From the IMG/VR virus record IMGVR_UViG_3300025916_000008, positions 104,845-162,409 of that record: 57,565 nt of DNA. The stretch is one strand, 5' to 3'. Origin of the DNA: a virus. Lineage: Duplodnaviria; Heunggongvirae; Uroviricota; Caudoviricetes. The notes beneath the pieces are model-generated. The model searched no databases. It was not told the origin of the DNA and saw only the letters and a list, made by a program, of their open reading frames with translations. Shown here piece by piece: positions 18,445 to 27,342 of the stretch (position 1 is its first letter; every line of letters begins with the position of its first letter). The translations under genes were made by a program, and so were the position numbers.

Positions 18445-18548
18445 GAATCGCACAATCGAACGGACCGCAGGTCATCCCCCCCTTTGAGGCCTGAAAAGAA
18501 TCGCACGGGAATCGCACGGGGCCGGAGAATCGCACGGAGAATCGCACG
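18445..18548. repeat. Five direct repeats of GAATCGCAC (iteron-like; candidate replication origin)
   Basis: Copies start at 18445, 18498, 18509, 18527 and 18539, directly downstream of the primase-helicase stop. Confidence 0.75.
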
Positions 18549-18551
18549 AGA

Positions 18552-20951
18552 TCAGCCGATCCCGTCGCTCGGCCGGACCAGCGCCTCCGGGAAGCAGGAA
18601 ACCCCGCCGCCCCGGTAGACGTCGAAGTACTTGCTGAAGCGGGGCGTGAACGCCTTGCGCGGCAGCGGCTTGAGGTGCTCCTTGCTGCACCAGTACTCGT
18701 ACGCCCCGTAGATGGCCCCGATGGTGCGCCCGGCGTCGCGCCTGTCCGGTGCCGCGCGGTCGATGCACGCGGCGATGAACTGCGCGATCGGGTCTTCCTC
18801 GAACTTGTAGGACTCGTGCGCCTCGCGGGCGGCGTCAGGCAGGCCCAGGCCGTCCTGGGACCAGGTGACGGCCCCCTCGACGATCCACCGCAGGATGCCC
18901 GAGGCCTCCTGGGCGAGGAGGCGCTGCTGGAGGGTACCGTCCCGCTCCTCCTCGGGGATGACCACATCCCAGGGGATGATCCTGATCCTGCGCCAGGTGG
19001 CGGCGTCGTCGGAGACGCCGGGCAGGTGGTTGGTAGTGACCTGGATCTTGCCGACCATCGCGAACTCGAACCACTCGGCTCGCATGTAGCGGGCGGCGAT
19101 GGTGTCTCCCCCGGTCAGCGCCTTGATCATCGGCTCGTCGAGCGGCCGTCCCTGCTTGGTCTCGCTGGCCGACAGGAACCGGCGGCCCGCCATGCGGGCC
19201 ACGTCGTTGGGGATGCGGTCGTCCAGGCCGGCCATCAGCGTGGACACCGGCATCGTCTGTGCGTAGCCGCCGAGCACGCGGGCGATCACTGCCTGGGCGA
19301 CGGACTTGCCGTTCGCCCCCTTCCCGTGCCAGAAGAAGATCGCTTGCTCGTCAGTCCGGCCGGTGGCGCAGTACCCGGCGATCCGCTGGAGGTAGCCCCG
19401 CATCGCCGGGTCGGGCTGCACCCGGCGCAGGAACTCGGTCCACAGCGGGGCCTCGGCGTCCGGGTCGTAGAAGGCCGCCGCCTGGAGCGTCATCCGGTGG
19501 TCGGGGGAGTGCTCCAGCAGCTCCCCGGTGGCCAGGTTGACGACGCCGTTCTTGCAGTTCAGGAACATCAGGTCGCTGTCGAAGGTGTCCTGGTTCATTC
19601 GCATGGCCGGCAGGTACATCGCCAGCCGGGCGGAGGCGCTCACGGCCTTCCTGGTCTGCTGCTTGCCGACCCACTCCAGGAAGCGGGTGCGCGGCGAGGC
19701 CATCTCCTTGTCGCCGTCGGTGGGCGCGTCGTCGGGGTCCTCCTCGTAAGCGAACGCCTCGGTCTCCGGCAGTGCGCGGATCATCGCGTTGGCGTACCGC
19801 TCGCCCGTGGTCACCTCGTCCCTGACCCACACGCCGTTCTGGTAGACGGCCCAGGTACCCCACTCCGGGACCCAGCGGAGCTGCTGCCCCCAGTGGTCGA
19901 CCATCCGGTCGGCGAGGCCCATCTCGGTCTGGGCGCGGCGCGGCCACTCGGTGCGCGAGGAACTCCACTGGACGTGCCGGGGATTCTCCACGCCGGCGTT
20001 CCACCCGGACAGGAACGTGGCCCTGACCTCGCCCGCGCCGAGCCCGGCGTCCTTCGCCGCCTCAGACAGCGAGGTCCAGGCAACCGACTCGTCCAGCAGC
20101 CCCGCCCCGCCGAGGGTGCCGAGGGAGAACGCGCACTCGTTGAGCACGGTGTTGCGGCTGCCGGGCGCGGCGTTGCGCATCTTCTCGCACTCGGCCCGCA
20201 GCGCCGCCTCGCCGTACTTGCGGTTGACCGCCCCGCCGGACTCCGGCGCGCGGCCGGCCAGCAGCTCGCCGGCCTGCTCCCGGTTGTACTGGGACAGCAG
20301 GTTCAGCAGCCACGGCGGTGCCTCCGTCGGCTCGATGTCCTGCCCGTCGTTCAGCTTGTAGATGCCTTTGGAGGACAGGGACGGCGGGGCGACGACGAAG
20401 CCGCGCTCGCCGCGCAGGTCCAGGCCCTGGCCCAGCAGGGTGCGGGCGTCATTGCGCACCTCGAAGCCGGGGTGCTTGAAGAAGTAGTGACGCCCCCCGC
20501 CCCCGGTGTGGTGGATGCGGGTCTCGGGCAGGTCGCCGTGCCGGTTCTCGTAGCCGGCCAGCCGGGCGTCGCCGCCGTTGTAGGAGTCGACGTCGAGGAC
20601 GAAGATCCCGCTCTTGCGGCCGGTGACGATCCCGATGTTGGCCAGGGGCCACCACTCCGACGGGTTGGGGTCCTCCGGCCGGGGACGCCACCAGTACGCC
20701 GCCTCGGTCGGGTCGGTGGTGGCCACGTCCGGCCACCTGAGGTGGACCGGGTGCTTGCCGGGGCTGGGGCACTCCGTGCCGTCGCGGCACGAGCACCTGT
20801 CGCCCTCCATCCAGCGCACGGGGATGACGGCGAAGCCGTACCTGTGCGCGTACATGGACGCGGCTGCGCACAGCTTCGCCCGGCGCGCGTCGTCGGCGTC
20901 GGAGATGTAGTTGGTGCCAAGGTCAGCAGCACCCTGGATGTCCTCGCTCAC
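18552..20951 (-). CDS. Bifunctional primase-polymerase fused to D5/P4-type SF3 helicase
   Basis: NIGIVTG..VLDVD..HTGGGGRHYFF..GLDLRGERGFVVAPPS; GKGANGKS; ASETKQGRPLDEPMIKALTGGD; start GTG 20951 overlaps the upstream TGA. Confidence 0.92.
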   Translation of the reverse strand: MSEDIQGAADLGTNYISDADDARRAKLCAAASMYAHRYGFAVIPVRWMEGDRCSCRDGTECPSPGKHPVHLRWPDVATTDPTEAAYWWRPRPEDPNPSEWWPLANIGIVTGRKSGIFVLDVDSYNGGDARLAGYENRHGDLPETRIHHTGGGGRHYFFKHPGFEVRNDARTLLGQGLDLRGERGFVVAPPSLSSKGIYKLNDGQDIEPTEAPPWLLNLLSQYNREQAGELLAGRAPESGGAVNRKYGEAALRAECEKMRNAAPGSRNTVLNECAFSLGTLGGAGLLDESVAWTSLSEAAKDAGLGAGEVRATFLSGWNAGVENPRHVQWSSSRTEWPRRAQTEMGLADRMVDHWGQQLRWVPEWGTWAVYQNGVWVRDEVTTGERYANAMIRALPETEAFAYEEDPDDAPTDGDKEMASPRTRFLEWVGKQQTRKAVSASARLAMYLPAMRMNQDTFDSDLMFLNCKNGVVNLATGELLEHSPDHRMTLQAAAFYDPDAEAPLWTEFLRRVQPDPAMRGYLQRIAGYCATGRTDEQAIFFWHGKGANGKSVAQAVIARVLGGYAQTMPVSTLMAGLDDRIPNDVARMAGRRFLSASETKQGRPLDEPMIKALTGGDTIAARYMRAEWFEFAMVGKIQVTTNHLPGVSDDAATWRRIRIIPWDVVIPEEERDGTLQQRLLAQEASGILRWIVEGAVTWSQDGLGLPDAAREAHESYKFEEDPIAQFIAACIDRAAPDRRDAGRTIGAIYGAYEYWCSKEHLKPLPRKAFTPRFSKYFDVYRGGGVSCFPEALVRPSDGIG

Positions 20952-21250
20952 CCCGCGCCTGCCAGGAGCTGGAGGGCGAAGAAGTCGTCCTGGCCCTCGG
21001 CGAAGCGCAGCGGGGTGACCGGCGCGCCGCGCCAGAAGCCGCCGTGACGGCCGAACGCTTCGGCGCACACGGCCATGGCCTTGTCAGCGCCGAAGCGGTC
21101 CCAGAACTCGCCGAGGATCTCCTCGGCGCGGGCGCAGGCCACGCTGGGGCCGGAGGTGCGGAGGATCTCCCCGAGCACGTACGCGGGGAATGACTCACGG
21201 GTAACCGCCACCTGAGGGGACGGCAAAGCAAAGTCCAGCGTCTGCGACAT
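20948..21250 (-). CDS. Hypothetical phage protein
   Basis: GTGA overlap with the primase start; typical codon bias. Confidence 0.65.
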   Translation of the reverse strand: MSQTLDFALPSPQVAVTRESFPAYVLGEILRTSGPSVACARAEEILGEFWDRFGADKAMAVCAEAFGRHGGFWRGAPVTPLRFAEGQDDFFALQLLAGAG

Positions 21251-21337
21251 GACGCATCGACCTTCCGGGGTTGAGGAACCGAAGGCTGTTTTACGGGAGG
21301 ACGGTGCGCTTTCGCGCCGTTCCTGCCGTGTAGGGAG

Positions 21338-21367
21338 AGGCTACGACCGCGATAACACGCCGGTCAA
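21338..21367 (-). promoter_or_regulatory. Housekeeping-sigma-type promoter TTGACC-N18-TAGCCT for the primase operon
   Basis: -35 at 21367..21362 and -10 at 21343..21338 in the intergenic gap. Confidence 0.45.
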
Positions 21368-21379
21368 GCCGTACATTAA

Positions 21380-22267
21380 CTACCAGAATGATCCTTCAGA
21401 GTACCTTTCTGCCATTTTCCGCATTCCGTACTTATTCAGCACCGGGAGTACGTTTCCGCGATCCCAGGCAGTTCCGTGCATATCAAGGACGCCTGTTTCG
21501 CTGAGTTCCCAGAAGGACTCGTCCTCCGGCTTCCTGGGCGGGTCCCTCAGGTCCATCACCCGGGACCAGTCGAGCGCCAGGTCGCCCTCGGCGCGCGGGA
21601 GGATCTCCGGCGGCAGCGGCCAGCTCCCCGAAGACAGGGTGAGCATCCGCAGCGCGACGGCGGGGCCGACGCCGTGAACGCCCGGGATGCCGTCGCTGCG
21701 GTCCCCGGCCAGCGCCCGCATCCGGGGGAGCCGGCCAGGGGGAACGCCCCAGGTCAGCTCAACCTCCTCGGCGCTGATCGGCTTCTCCAGGACGCCCAGG
21801 GGGCGCGCCCACACGCGGCCCGGCTCGGTGAGCTGGAGCATGTCCTTGTCCTCCGACAGCAGCATCACGCGCACGCCGGGCAGGGCGGCGGCGGACAGGC
21901 GGCAGGCAGCGGCGATCATGTCGTCGGCCTCGAAGTCCTCATGGCACCACTGGGTGATCCGGGCAGCGTCGCAGAACTCGCGGACGGCGGCGAACCGGCG
22001 GATGTCGCCCCAGGAGTCGCCCCAGCGGTTGCTCTTGTACTCAGGGACTATCTCCCTGCGCCAGCCCGACCCGTTGCCGCCGTCCCAGGCGATCATGAGG
22101 TACGCGGGGTCCAGCTCGCGGACGACGGCGGACAGGGAGCCCGCGAACGCGGTCAGCGCCCCGGTCGGGGTGCCGTCCGGGGCGGTAAGGCCGGCAGCGC
22201 GCGTGCCTTTGTGGCACCGGACGAACAGCCCGGTGCCGTCAACCGCCAGCAGCCAGGGTCCCTCCAC
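21380..22267 (-). CDS. 5'-3' exonuclease / flap endonuclease (PolA N-terminal family)
   Basis: LLAVDG, FEADDMIA, SEDKDMLQL, ALAGDRSDGIPGVHGVG. Confidence 0.9.
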   Translation of the reverse strand: MEGPWLLAVDGTGLFVRCHKGTRAAGLTAPDGTPTGALTAFAGSLSAVVRELDPAYLMIAWDGGNGSGWRREIVPEYKSNRWGDSWGDIRRFAAVREFCDAARITQWCHEDFEADDMIAAACRLSAAALPGVRVMLLSEDKDMLQLTEPGRVWARPLGVLEKPISAEEVELTWGVPPGRLPRMRALAGDRSDGIPGVHGVGPAVALRMLTLSSGSWPLPPEILPRAEGDLALDWSRVMDLRDPPRKPEDESFWELSETGVLDMHGTAWDRGNVLPVLNKYGMRKMAERYSEGSFW

Positions 22268-22692
22268 TACGGGAGGTCCGGCGAGGAGGGGAGCAGCTCG
22301 TACAGGACGCCCTGGGCCTCCACGACGCGCAGCACGCGGGCGAGCCGGTCCGGCTCGATCCCGCCGAAGCGGACCAGGGACCAGACCATGGGCTCGATGT
22401 CGGACAGCCAGAAGACACGGGCGCTGACGGCCTTGTCCGGGTCGTTGCGCCGGAACCGCATCCGGGTCCCGTCGGAGTTGACGAACCAGGTCTCCGGGTG
22501 ATCCTCGTCTGCCTTCAGCCGGAGCCGCAGCCAGCTTGCGCTCATGGCGAAGAAGAACTTCGCCACCTCGTTCATGTGGTAGGTCGGCCGCGCTCCCCTG
22601 CTCCAGTCCCGGGACTCGATCATCTCCTCGGTGACCATGTAGCCGGGGAAGTCAGGCAGCCCGTCAACGGTCGCGGCCCTCAGCTCTGTCAT
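22267..22692 (-). CDS. HTH DNA-binding protein (MerR/excisionase-like fold)
   Basis: YHMNEVAKFFFAMSASWLRLR; start ATG 22692 with SD GAGGGAG. Confidence 0.55.
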   Translation of the reverse strand: MTELRAATVDGLPDFPGYMVTEEMIESRDWSRGARPTYHMNEVAKFFFAMSASWLRLRLKADEDHPETWFVNSDGTRMRFRRNDPDKAVSARVFWLSDIEPMVWSLVRFGGIEPDRLARVLRVVEAQGVLYELLPSSPDLP

Positions 22693-22715
22693 TTGCTCCC
22701 TCTCGGGGTTACAGG

Positions 22716-22752
22716 GGGACGCCCGCCTCCGAGGTGGGGAGGCGGGCGTCCC
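22716..22752 (-). terminator. 15-bp stem hairpin terminator
   Basis: gggacgcccgcctcc-N7-ggaggcgggcgtccc, 10 nt after the stop at 22762. Confidence 0.7.
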
Positions 22753-22761
22753 GGTCATCGG

Positions 22762-23499
22762 TTACTTCTTCGGCGGGTACAGCGAGGCACCGTCCGGCCT
22801 GCGCCGGGTGATGCTCGCCAGGATGGCCAGGTAGACCTTCGGGTCCCGCCTGACGGCCTTCTTGATCTTGCTCTCGTCCAGCACCCGCTCGGTGCTGGTG
22901 ATCGAGTTGAACTGCGCCCTGGTGATCAGCCCCTCGTCGAGGAGCTGCCACAGGTCGGTCATGCTCAGCTCGGAGTTGCCGGTGGTGAACCGCTGCTGCC
23001 ACGGGTCCTCCAGGCCCTTCACCGGGACCTCGAACGGCTGGCCCGGCTTGGCGGCGAGGACGTGGCCCTTGGCGGCCCCGTCAGCGACGATGGGGCCGGT
23101 GATGCCCAGCTCCCTGGCCACCGCGTCCATGTGATGGCGCATGGCCTCGTCGATTGCCTTGTTCCGCCCGCCCAGCAGGACGATGACGGCGGCGAGAGCC
23201 CGGTACTCGGCGGTGATCCTCTCGACCTCCGCCTCCTCCAGCTTGCGCGGCTCGGTCGGCTGGACGTCGCCGAAGAGCTTGGCCACCAGGTTCAGCGCGG
23301 CGCGCAGCTCCGGGGTGACCGTCACCGTCTTGGCCGGCGGGGCCGGGGGGACCTCCGGCTGGGGGGCCTCTCCGGCGAGCATCTTGGTGAGCGCGTCGAG
23401 GGTCCACGTCTTGGAGCCCGTTGCCGTCAGGTACGCCTGCGAGTCGGCGGCTACCTGCGCGAGGGCAGTGCCGGCGATCCGGTCGTCCGTCGTGGTCAT
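22762..23499 (-). CDS. Hypothetical phage protein
   Basis: SD AGGAAGGG; preceded by the promoter motif and followed by a terminator. Confidence 0.75.
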   Translation of the reverse strand: MTTTDDRIAGTALAQVAADSQAYLTATGSKTWTLDALTKMLAGEAPQPEVPPAPPAKTVTVTPELRAALNLVAKLFGDVQPTEPRKLEEAEVERITAEYRALAAVIVLLGGRNKAIDEAMRHHMDAVARELGITGPIVADGAAKGHVLAAKPGQPFEVPVKGLEDPWQQRFTTGNSELSMTDLWQLLDEGLITRAQFNSITSTERVLDESKIKKAVRRDPKVYLAILASITRRRPDGASLYPPKK

Positions 23500-23542
23500 G
23501 TGCGTTCCCTTCCTGGGAAGTACTCGGTTGTTAGCCCGAGAA

Positions 23543-23560
23543 TATCAAGAAAGCCTGTAT
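23543..23560 (-). promoter_or_regulatory. ATACAG-N6-TTGATA motif with extended -10 TGaTATTCT
   Basis: Intergenic, about 45 nt upstream of ATG 23499. Confidence 0.6.
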
Positions 23561-23577
23561 CTGACAACGGGACACCG

Positions 23578-23895
23578 CTAGTGGCGCTCCCGCTTGATGG
23601 TGACGGAGTTCGTCACCCGGGGATACACGGCCAGCCTGCCGTTGTCGCACCTGACGTCCAGCTCCCCGGAGGCCGGCTCGAAGCTGACCCAGAAGGTGAC
23701 GCCGTTGGCCTGGAACAGGATGTGGGCGTCGCCCAGGGGGGTGTTGACCTCGGAGGTCACGCGGGCGAAGACGCTGCTGTCCGCCGGGCCGGCGGCGAGC
23801 GCCTCCCTGGCGGCGGCCAGGTCGCGCTCCAGGCGGCTAACCAGGTCCTGCCCCCACACGGGGAGCTTGCTGACGTCGTGCTGCTGCGGCTTCAT
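23578..23895 (-). CDS. Small actinophage protein (SKLPVWGQ..LE motif)
   Basis: ATG 23895 overlaps the upstream TGA. Confidence 0.6.
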   Translation of the reverse strand: MKPQQHDVSKLPVWGQDLVSRLERDLAAAREALAAGPADSSVFARVTSEVNTPLGDAHILFQANGVTFWVSFEPASGELDVRCDNGRLAVYPRVTNSVTIKRERH

Positions 23896-24194
23896 GGCTT
23901 CACTCCGATGATGAAGGCGACGCACTGCTCCCAGGGCATCGGGTCTCCGGTGATCTCGTCGCTGGGAACGTGCACGTGAGGGTGCTTCGCGGTCCACGGC
24001 TCGAACAGGCCGCTGGGGGCGGCCGGGTCCCACTGCCCGGTGGTGAAGCCTGCGGGAAGGATGCGCCCGAGCCGCCGGCCGTCAGGCGCGATGACCAGGG
24101 CTAGGGCTGACCGGCGACCGGAGTAGGTCAGCCGCGCCCGGAGGAGACCGCCCTCCCGGACGGACGCCTCGGTGATCTTCAAGTTGTTCCTCAT
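23892..24194 (-). CDS. Hypothetical protein (start ATG 24194 or TTG 24182)
   Basis: Directly downstream of the promoter motif; GAGGA SD precedes TTG 24182. Confidence 0.55.
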   Translation of the reverse strand: MRNNLKITEASVREGGLLRARLTYSGRRSALALVIAPDGRRLGRILPAGFTTGQWDPAAPSGLFEPWTAKHPHVHVPSDEITGDPMPWEQCVAFIIGVKP

Positions 24195-24204
24195 AGGAGG
24201 AGTT

Positions 24205-24222
24205 TATCAAGGAAAGCTGTAT
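24205..24222 (-). promoter_or_regulatory. ATACAG-N6-TTGATA motif with extended -10 TGaTAAACT
   Basis: Intergenic, AT-rich, exact match to the motif. Confidence 0.6.
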
Positions 24223-24287
24223 TTGGGGAAGACATGGCTGAGGGCCGGACCCCGAGCGGGAGAGGTCCGGCCCTCAGGACAGGGGGA

Positions 24288-25964
24288 CTACGACGCGGCT
24301 GCGGTGGTGTCCCAGTTCCTCTCGCCCTGGCGCGGGTTGAGGTGCTGCTCGCGCTCCTGGGCGTGCCGGGCCTTGAAGACCTCGAACGGGGTCTTGGCGG
24401 CGTCCTCCAGGCCGGCCGCGACCGGGATCAGGTCGCGCACGGCGTCCTTCACGGCGGCGTGGACCGGCTGGTCGTCCAGCTTCTCGGCGAGCCTGGTCAG
24501 CCCGTCCTTGACGGCGGTCATGATGTCGGGAAGGTGCTCAAGCATCGGGTCGACCCCGCCGTCCCCCATGACCGACGAGGGCTGGAAGCTGGAGAACAGG
24601 TGGCTGATCGCCTCGGTGGCGGCGTTGAGGGATGCGGGTGCTGCTGCCATGTCTGGTGTTCCTCCGGTGAATGTTGGCTGGTGCCGTGGGGGCACCGGGC
24701 CGGCGGAAGCCGGCCTCCTGAATGTCGCCGCAGCGCGAGGCGTCCGGTCCGCGAAGGGATCGGTCGGCGGCCTCATCGTGCTGGCAGGCGCTGGAGCCGG
24801 GGCGGCCGGAGCCGGTACCCGTCTCCTGTTTCTTGACAACCTTATCAAGAAACCCCGCATTGCGCGTCCTCTCCTGCGCATCCGGATACGAAGGCGCAGG
24901 AGCCGCATCTTCCTGGGCCGCACGGCCCTGCGCGTCTTGCGGGCCACCCGCCACCGGCCGTACCGGCGGACGTGGTGGAGAATCCACGGCCGGGAGAACC
25001 GCCGCAGCCGGTGCGGTCGCAGCGGCCTCGGCGCTCCCCGGCGGCGGCGCGGCCAGCGGAGCCGCGAGCCGCGTACCCGGACCCTCGGGGGTGCCCCGGC
25101 GCGGCGGCTCCGGCGGCGGGTGCCGCGCGGGGACGCGGCGCGGTGCCAGGGACGCCACCAGCTACGCCTGGGAGCGCCGTGCGGCGCGTGGCCGCCGTGC
25201 GGGGCCGACGGACGGGGAGACCGCCAGGACGGCGGCCGGAGCCGGGGCGGGACGAGCCTGCGCCAGCCCCGGGCAGCGCGCGGCGGCGTGTAGACTCCGC
25301 CGCGCGGCCGGGCGTGACGACCGGGACGGGGCAGCGCGCCGCCAGGGGCACGCGGGGTCCTGGTGCGGGGCGAGCCGAAGCGCGGGCTCCCTGTCCGCCC
25401 GGCACGGCCGGGACGGGGGAAGGACCCTCCCGCGCGGCGGCTGCCGCGCGAGCCGCCGGGGCTCCCGCCACGGCGGCGGAACGGCAGCCCGCGCCCCCCG
25501 GCGGCACGTCCCGCCTTAGGAAGGCCCGGGGAGCGCATCCGGGAGGCGGGCCTCAGGCCGCGCAGCGGGCCGCCGAGGGGACCACGGCGTGCCCCGCCGC
25601 CGATCCGCATGCCCCGGGGAAGGCGGCCCATGCCGCGACCCCCGGGGAGGCCTCGCGGCAGGCGGCCGGGGCGCATGCCGCGCAGGCCCGGGGGAAGGCC
25701 ACGGAGCCCCGGCGGGAGGCCTGGTCCCCGGCGACGGCCGCTGATGCGCCGCGCCGCCAGGAACACGACAGCCCCGACGCCGATGACGGCGGCGAGGGTG
25801 CCGGTGCTCCTCCAGCCGATGACGTGGCCGAGGCCGCCGATGACGGCGGCGAGGGCGAAGACCGCGATCCCGGCTCGCCTCACGAGAGGGAGCCGGGACC
25901 CGGAGCCGCCTCCTCCCCCGCGCGGCGGCGGGGGAGGAGGAAACGGCGGGAACGGGCTAGCCAT
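24288..25964 (-). CDS. Membrane protein (2 N-terminal TM helices, long Arg/Gly/Pro-rich region) with a C-terminal plasmid-spread-type domain that can be translated separately from ATG 24650
   Basis: TM segments GIAVFALAAVIGGLGHVIG and TLAAVIGVGAVVFLAA; coupled to the upstream stop; internal SD GGAGGA before in-frame ATG 24650. Confidence 0.6.
   Translation of the reverse strand: MASPFPPFPPPPPPRGGGGGSGSRLPLVRRAGIAVFALAAVIGGLGHVIGWRSTGTLAAVIGVGAVVFLAARRISGRRRGPGLPPGLRGLPPGLRGMRPGRLPRGLPGGRGMGRLPRGMRIGGGARRGPLGGPLRGLRPASRMRSPGLPKAGRAAGGRGLPFRRRGGSPGGSRGSRRAGGSFPRPGRAGRTGSPRFGSPRTRTPRAPGGALPRPGRHARPRGGVYTPPRAARGWRRLVPPRLRPPSWRSPRPSAPHGGHAPHGAPRRSWWRPWHRAASPRGTRRRSRRAGAPPRVRVRGSRLRWPRRRRGAPRPLRPHRLRRFSRPWILHHVRRYGRWRVARKTRRAVRPRKMRLLRLRIRMRRRGRAMRGFLIRLSRNRRRVPAPAAPAPAPASTMRPPTDPFADRTPRAAATFRRPASAGPVPPRHQPTFTGGTPDMAAAPASLNAATEAISHLFSSFQPSSVMGDGGVDPMLEHLPDIMTAVKDGLTRLAEKLDDQPVHAAVKDAVRDLIPVAAGLEDAAKTPFEVFKARHAQEREQHLNPRQGERNWDTTAAAS
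24843..24860 (-). promoter_or_regulatory. Intragenic variant motif ATGCGG-N6-TTGATA with -10 TAAGGT
   Basis: AT-rich patch in an otherwise extremely GC-rich ORF, about 190 nt upstream of internal ATG 24650. Confidence 0.5.
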
Positions 25965-27222
25965 GGTTCTGATTGCCTCCTGGGAGAGTTCCGGCGGGAG
26001 CGGCGATGAAGGGGCCGGCGGCGGCGGGGCGGCCGACCAGGCGGACCGGGGGGTCGGCCGGGCCTGCCTTGCGGGCGGCGAGCAGCGGCTTGGCCTGGCG
26101 GCGGTGGTCGTGCCTGTCGCAGATCATCCGGGCCAGCTCCCGCTCAGGCGGGAGGGCCGAGATGGGAAGCTGGTTCAGGTGCTGCGCCCACTGGTCAAGG
26201 TCAGCCTGCGAGATCTCGTGAGAGATCATCTTCGGCTGCGCCTTCAGGGCGGAGATGGCGCGGACGGTCTGGCCGTTCACCTGCGTGCCAGGCGACGGCG
26301 CGACCGGGCCGGGCGGCGCGACCGGGAGCTGCGCCACTGCTGGCGCAGGTGCCTGCGCCACCTCTGGCGCGCCGGCTGGCGCGGGTGCCTTGGAGCGCGC
26401 CACGACCGCTGCCCTAGCGTCCTGGCGCGCCACGCTCCTGGCGCGCCGGTCGACGCGGCGCATCTCGATCTCCAGGCGGCGCGCGTCGCGGCCAACCTGG
26501 TAGTCGCAGATGGCGCGCTTCGGGTCGGTCTCGCCCGCCCAGGCTGCCTGGGACATGACCCGGACGGAACGCCACGGGTGCCAGAAGACCCGGTTGGTGC
26601 CGAGGCGCACGGCGTGCCCCTCGACCAGGCCGAGCGCCATCAGCTTGTCGCGGCTGACCCGGCGGGTGTGGACGCCCCACAGCCACGGGCTGATCGCGGA
26701 CATCAGGAACATGCCGACGGCCATGAAGGTGGGACGCAGGTGGGGGGCCGCGTAGTGGCTGTAGTTCATGCAGCCCATCACCAGGGCGAAAGCGTAAGCG
26801 GCCAGCTTGATGCGGGTCGAGGTGTCGTTCGCCATCGTCGCCTGGTGGGCCTGCCACGCCAGGTAGACGGCAACCGACTCGAAGGTGACGGCAACCAGCA
26901 CCTGGCCGATGAGCAGCCACGGCACGTGATCGCGGATGAAGAAGAACTGGCCGATGAAGGCCGTCGCGTTCACCATGACCACTGGCACGGCCGCGCCGAG
27001 CGCCGGCGCGGCCGTGCGCCAGAAGGAGCGCCAGCGGGGGTGCGCCGCCGCGCCGCGCTGGCGCGCCGTGGCGCGCCGGGCCTGGCGCGCGTCGATCCGG
27101 GACTGGCGCGCCGCCTGGCGCGCACCGCGCCGCGCCGCTTCCCTGCTGTCGTCCGCTGCCTGGCGCGCCTGGCGCAGTTCCTCCTGCGCCTTCTGGTAGG
27201 CGATCTTCTCGTAAGTTTCCAC
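25957..27222 (-). CDS. Spd-like (DUF2637-type) multi-pass membrane protein with coiled-coil N-terminus and C-terminal HTH-like segment
   Basis: VNATAFIGQ..FESVAVYLAWQAH..AYAFALVMGCMNYSHY..SAISPWLWGVH; SD GAGGAGG before GTG 27222. Confidence 0.7.
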   Translation of the reverse strand: METYEKIAYQKAQEELRQARQAADDSREAARRGARQAARQSRIDARQARRATARQRGAAAHPRWRSFWRTAAPALGAAVPVVMVNATAFIGQFFFIRDHVPWLLIGQVLVAVTFESVAVYLAWQAHQATMANDTSTRIKLAAYAFALVMGCMNYSHYAAPHLRPTFMAVGMFLMSAISPWLWGVHTRRVSRDKLMALGLVEGHAVRLGTNRVFWHPWRSVRVMSQAAWAGETDPKRAICDYQVGRDARRLEIEMRRVDRRARSVARQDARAAVVARSKAPAPAGAPEVAQAPAPAVAQLPVAPPGPVAPSPGTQVNGQTVRAISALKAQPKMISHEISQADLDQWAQHLNQLPISALPPERELARMICDRHDHRRQAKPLLAARKAGPADPPVRLVGRPAAAGPFIAAPAGTLPGGNQNHG

Positions 27223-27264
27223 TGGAGTCCTCCTCGTGCGTGCTAGTTCCTTGCGGCTACAAGA

Positions 27265-27282
27265 TATCAAGAAAAGCTGTAT
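27265..27282 (-). promoter_or_regulatory. ATACAG-N6-TTGATA motif with extended -10 TGaTATCTT driving the spd-like operon
   Basis: About 43 nt upstream of GTG 27222. Confidence 0.6.
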
Positions 27283-27322
27283 CGTGTCTACTAGATCTGA
27301 CACGCTGCAAGGTGAGTCACGG

Positions 27323-27342
27323 TGCGCCGGGTACCCGGCGCA
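27323..27342. repeat. Perfect 20-bp palindrome TGCGCCGGGTACCCGGCGCA in the spd/traB divergent intergenic region
   Basis: Self-complementary when read directly; further CCGGCGC copies at 27373 and 27396 and reverse GCGCCGG at 27356. Confidence 0.7.

Noticed and set aside
18445-18548. GAATCGCAC repeats as a mini CRISPR array
   Set aside because: Repeats are 9 bp with 2-9 nt gaps for most copies, far too short for CRISPR repeats and spacers.
12803-20951. Inteins or introns in dnaE, recA or the primase-helicase
   Set aside because: Lengths are near normal and no C/S..HN intein termini or LAGLIDADG motifs were seen; the DnaE insert is short and Cys-rich.
13694-21047. Long plus-strand ORFs (13694..15700, 18675..21047 and similar throughout the window)
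   Set aside because: Antisense shadows of GC3-biased genes; no motifs, no SDs.
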